NCBI RefSeq assembly: GCF_001194135.2 | Contig: NC_068982.1 | Span: 88,476,425 to 88,516,223, forward strand | Length of the DNA: 39,799 bases | Direction of reading: 5' to 3' | Origin: Octopus bimaculoides | Taxonomy: Eukaryota | Part shown: positions 35,737-39,799 of the stretch, in pieces | Layout: the number at the start of each line of letters is the position of its first letter | Position numbering within the stretch: the stretch's first letter is position 1 | Translations under genes and position numbers: made by a program | The notes under the pieces: generated by a model | Told to the model about the DNA's origin: nothing | The model's database searches: none | The model's input: only the letters and a program-made list of their open reading frames with translations

Positions 35737-37081
35737 NNNNNNNNNNNNNNNNNNNNNNNNNNNNNNNNNNNNNNNNNNNNNNNNNNNNNNNNNNNNNNNN
35801 NNNNNNNNNNNNNNNNNNNNNNNNNNNNNNNNNNNNNNNNNNNNNNNNNNNNNNNNNNNNNNNNNNNNNNNNNNNNNNNNNNNNNNNNNNNNNNNNNNNN
35901 NNNNNNNNNNNNNNNNNNNNNNNNNNNNNNNNNNNNNNNNNNNNNNNNNNNNNNNNNNNNNNNNNNNNNNNNNNNNNNNNNNNNNNNNNNNNNNNNNNNN
36001 NNNNNNNNNNNNNNNNNNNNNNNNNNNNNNNNNNNNNNNNNNNNNNNNNNNNNNNNNNNNNNNNCAAACTGGTCATTAAAATCGAAATAAAATAGGAGCA
36101 AAATGGAAAGGAAATGGTTAATATGTTAAAATAAAAGAGTTATATTTGTTCTAAAGTTAAAAGAGAGAAACAGGAATGCATAACTGAATGCATTAAAGAT
36201 ACCATGAGCGATAATTTCCGCAAGAGTCCTAAGGCAAAATTCAGTCTTGAAAAAAACACGTACCAAACGAATAGAAGCAATACATGTTATAATTCTTCCA
36301 TTTACAGACCAGTTCTCTCATAATGTAAAAGTTAGCTAGAATACTTGAATATATGATGCGTATATTACAATGCACATTTACTCGAATGAAAACCTATAGA
36401 AAATCAAGTTTTTGCCAGACTTTTATGACATATATAATGAAAAAGAAAAAAAGAAAAATGTAACAGTAGCGAAACAGAATGGCTGCGTTTCTTCGTCGAC
36501 TTTTCGGACATACTGATATTTCAGTATCTCAAAATTTGTTTAGAATTATGTCTTCATTTAATAACAAAATATTAGACGTTTTTTTTTTAAAATAATAATA
36601 GAAATAATATTAGTTCTATTATGGATAACTATGTTGCTGATTGTAGATTTAAGGATAAATGTTATTTCAATAATTTTGTATGCAAAATAACCTTGTATAT
36701 AGATGTAGAGACTAGTGTGAAGGGAAAAAATATTTTTATAAAATATGTTTTTCATTAAAAGACGTATTGCAAACCATGAGTATACTTATAGGAACAGGTA
36801 TAGGTACCAGTCTTAGTAAGTTTATATGAAACATAAAGGATAGTATGAAATTGTGCAACATTAAATAGCAAATACTTAGTCATGCTAGATTTTCATCATG
36901 TTGATAATAGAAGTAACTGATGTGTGGATGAAATATATTAAATATTAGCATCAAATAAAACATTTCTTAATAACATACAGGAATATCATTTGTCTTGTAA
37001 ACACTCTTCTAAATATGTTAGGAAATTATTTTTTATTTATTTAATATGAATATATGCATATGTATGCATATCTATGTGTAA

Positions 37082-37137
<56 letters not shown>

Positions 37138-38129
37138 NNNNNNNNNNNNNNNNNNNNNNNNNNNNNNNNNNNNNNNNNNNNNNNNNNNNNNNNNNNNNNN
37201 NNNNNNNNNNNNNNNNNNNNNNNNNNNNNNNNNNNNNNNNNNNNNNNNNNNNNNNNNNNNNNNNNNNNNNNNNNNNNNNNNNNNNNNNNNNNNNNNNNNN
37301 NNNNNNNNNNNNNNNNNNNNNNNNNNNNNNNNNNNNNNNNNNNNNNNNNNNNNNNNNNNNNNNNNNNNNNNNNNNNNNNNNNNNNNNNNNNNNNNNNNNN
37401 NNNNNNNNNNNNNNNNNNNNNNNNNNNNNNNNNNNNNNNNNNNNNNNNNNNNNNNNNNNNNNNNNNNNNNNNNNNNNNNNNNNNNNNNNNNNNNNNNNNN
37501 NNNNNNNNNNNNNNNNNNNNNNNNNNNNNNNNNNNNNNNNNNNNNNNNNNNNNNNNNNNNNNNNNNNNNNNNNNNNNNNNNNNNNNNNNNNNNNNNNNNN
37601 NNNNNNNNNNNNNNNNNNNNNNNNNNNNNNNNNNNNNNNNNNNNNNNNNNNNNNNNNNNNNNNNNNNNNNNNNNNNNNNNNNNNNNNNNNNNNNNNNNNN
37701 NNNNNNNNNNNNNNNNNNNNNNNNNNNNNNNNNNNNNNNNNNNNNNNNNNNNNNNNNNNNNNNNNNNNNNNNNNNNNNNNNNNNNNNNNNNNNNNNNNNN
37801 NNNNNNNNNNNNNNNNNNNNNNNNNNNNNNNNNNNNNNNNNNNNNNNNNNNNNNNNNNNNNNNNNNNNNNNNNNNNNNNNNNNNNNNNNNNNNNNNNNNN
37901 NNNNNNNNNNNNNNNNNNNNNNNNNNNNNNNNNNNNNNNNNNNNNNNNNNNNNNNNNNNNNNNNNNNNNNNNNNNNNNNNNNNNNNNNNNNNNNNNNNNN
38001 NNNNNNNNNNNNNNNNNNNNNNNNNNNNNNNNNTATATATATATATATATATCTGTGTGTGTGTTTGCGTGTGCGTATGTCTATATATGTATAAGTGTGT
38101 ATGTATGTGTATTTATGTGTATATATAAG

Positions 38130-38432
38130 TATATTCTTTTATTCTTTTACACTTTTCAGTCATTTGATTGTGGTCATGCTGGAGTCCCGCCTTTTGTCGA
38201 AGAAATCGACCCAAGGACTTACTCTTATTTCTTACAATCGATGGTAGGGGTCAAACACAGACACAAAGACACACATACATAAATATATATACATATATAC
38301 ATGACGGACTTCTTTCAGTTTCCGCCTAAGAAATCCTCTCACAAAGCTGTGGTCAGCGCGAGAGTATAGTGGAAGACACTTTGCACAAGGAACCATGTGG
38401 TTGGGACGCAAGCTTCTTACCACACAGCCACA
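38130..38432 (-). mobile_element. SINE family A, near full length
   Basis: Collinear with the 1411 and 27095 copies. Confidence 0.85.
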
Positions 38433-38520
38433 ACTTCCCCTATATATATGTATAGAAATATCTACATTATTTACATTAATTATATTTGACGGATATTTGT
38501 CCTCATCTTGTTTGTTGTTA

Positions 38521-38565
38521 ACACTAAATTTCGGCTGATAAAGCCTCCAGCCTTCATCAGGTGTC
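38521..38565 (-). ncRNA. Minimal hammerhead motif, helix III and cleavage site decayed
   Basis: GACAC-CUGAUGA-A-GGCUG(GAGGCUUUAU)CAGCC-GAAAU-UUA-GUGU. Confidence 0.5.
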
Positions 38566-38614
38566 TTGGGGGAAAATTTCGAACCTGGGTTCTCATTCCT
38601 AAGGTATTTTTCGA

Positions 38615-38681
<67 letters not shown>

Positions 38682-38685
38682 GTTA

Positions 38686-38752
<67 letters not shown>

Positions 38753-38761
38753 CATTATTAA

Positions 38762-38816
38762 GTCACTGCTGGAATCGAACTCGGAATCTTGGGCACTCTT
38801 AACCACTACGCCATAT
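38762..38816 (-). other. tRNA-like Pol III promoter remnant (A and B boxes, anticodon arm missing)
   Basis: TGGCGTAGTGGTTAAGAG (A box) and GAGTTCGATTCC (B box). Confidence 0.6.
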
Positions 38817-39172
38817 GGAATGAATTTTGGGGCTTATAAATCTAATATTTTCCCATCCTTCCTTAATACCGGTTCCCATATCCTATTCATATCTGCACCC
38901 AGTCTGCTTAGGAGGTTGTTGTGTCCTAGCATATGTGCTACTTCTTTTAGTTTTCGTATTTTCCAGTGGTGTTCTCTGTCTATTATTTTAACCTCATTCC
39001 ACAGGCGGAGGTGGACTCCATTTTTCCATACATGATCAGCTATATCCGATTTATCAATATCTCCTCTTGTCACAGCTTTGTGATGTTCCTCTAGCCTTAT
39101 TTTGAGGGGCAGCATGTTTGGCTTTTGTATGAACTACCAAACTGTGACACGAGGAGATATTCATAAATATTG

Positions 39173-39230
<58 letters not shown>

Positions 39231-39287
39231 TGATAATAATAATAATAATACCTTAGGAATGAGAAACCAGATTCTAAATTTCCCCAA

Positions 39288-39333
39288 GACACCTGATGAA
39301 GTCTGAAGGGTATATCAGCCGAAACGTTGTATT
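39288..39333 (+). ncRNA. Minimal hammerhead motif with palindromic AACGUU helix III
   Basis: GACAC-CUGAUGA-A-GUCUG(AAGGGUAUAU)CAGCC-GAAAC-GUU-GUAUU; one mismatch each in helices I and II. Confidence 0.6.
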
Positions 39334-39503
39334 AACAACAAACAAGATGAGGACAAATATCCTTCAAATATAAATAATGTAAATAATTTAAATAATGTAC
39401 ACAGACCCTCATCTCTTAAATATAGAACTGTAGTATATAGATATATGTGTGTGTGTGTGTATGTATACGTATTTATATGTGTATGTTTATGTATCTGTGT
39501 ATA

Positions 39504-39534
<31 letters not shown>

Positions 39535-39667
39535 GCATGTTTATATATTTATGTGTGTGTATATATGTGTATGTATATGTCTGTGTATGTATATGGGTAT
39601 ATCTGTACATGTATGTATATGTGTATATATTTGTATACTTTATTTATTTATTTATTTATTTATGGGT

Positions 39668-39706
39668 TTCAACCAAGTGGCTGTGGTCATGCTGGAGCCC
39701 CACCGT
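39668..39706 (-). mobile_element. SINE family A 3' end fragment
   Basis: ttcaaccaagtggctgtggtcatgctggagcccc resembles the 3' ends of the other copies. Confidence 0.5.
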
Positions 39707-39799
39707 GATTTTCTGTCTTTATGCTTTGCTCTCTTCACGTTCCTTGCATGGCTCTTCCCCTGCACCTGATATAGTCCAATCAAGAGTTTTGATGGCACA

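Larger units (their letters stand above)
38465..39388 (-). mobile_element. 5'-truncated Penelope-like element: GIY-YIG C-terminus between inverted pLTR-like arms (38465-38608 and 39247-39388)
   Basis: ORF 39115-38834 reads PLKIRLEEHHKAV.RGDIDKSDIADHVW..G.H...WNEVKIIDREHHWKIRKLKE. The arms are reverse complements of each other and each abuts a (TAA)n tract. Confidence 0.85.

Noticed and set aside
1580-38282. Long ORFs containing X runs in the ORF track
   Set aside because: They span N gaps and are flanked by microsatellite translations (HT, YI, CV repeats), so they are artefacts.
38480-38806. Poly-Ile and poly-Leu ORFs (also 1325-1507 and 39054-39287)
   Set aside because: These are translations of (TAA/TTA)n microsatellites.

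Overview
This is AT-rich, repeat-saturated animal DNA. About 6.1 kb (15%) is N gaps, in 12 runs mostly bordered by microsatellites. The SINE families, TTAGGG runs and microsatellite load suggest an octopus/cephalopod genome; that is recognition from memory, not a database search. I found no intact host gene, rRNA, true tRNA gene or CRISPR array, so the window is probably intronic or intergenic. The recognisable content is decayed transposons: R4/Dong-like RLE retrotransposon pieces in (TAA)n tracts, five Penelope-like element (PLE) fragments, three CR1/L2-like LINE pieces, tRNA-headed SINEs, an internally deleted mariner with TIRs and TA TSD, a hAT Buster/Charlie-like transposase remnant and a probable Helitron end. 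The most notable signal is four minimal hammerhead-ribozyme motifs arranged as two inverted-repeat pairs. One pair flanks a PLE GIY-YIG fragment (38465-39388). The other lies in a non-coding, nearly perfect ~305-bp-arm inverted repeat (28001-28733). All family calls rest on motif recognition by eye.
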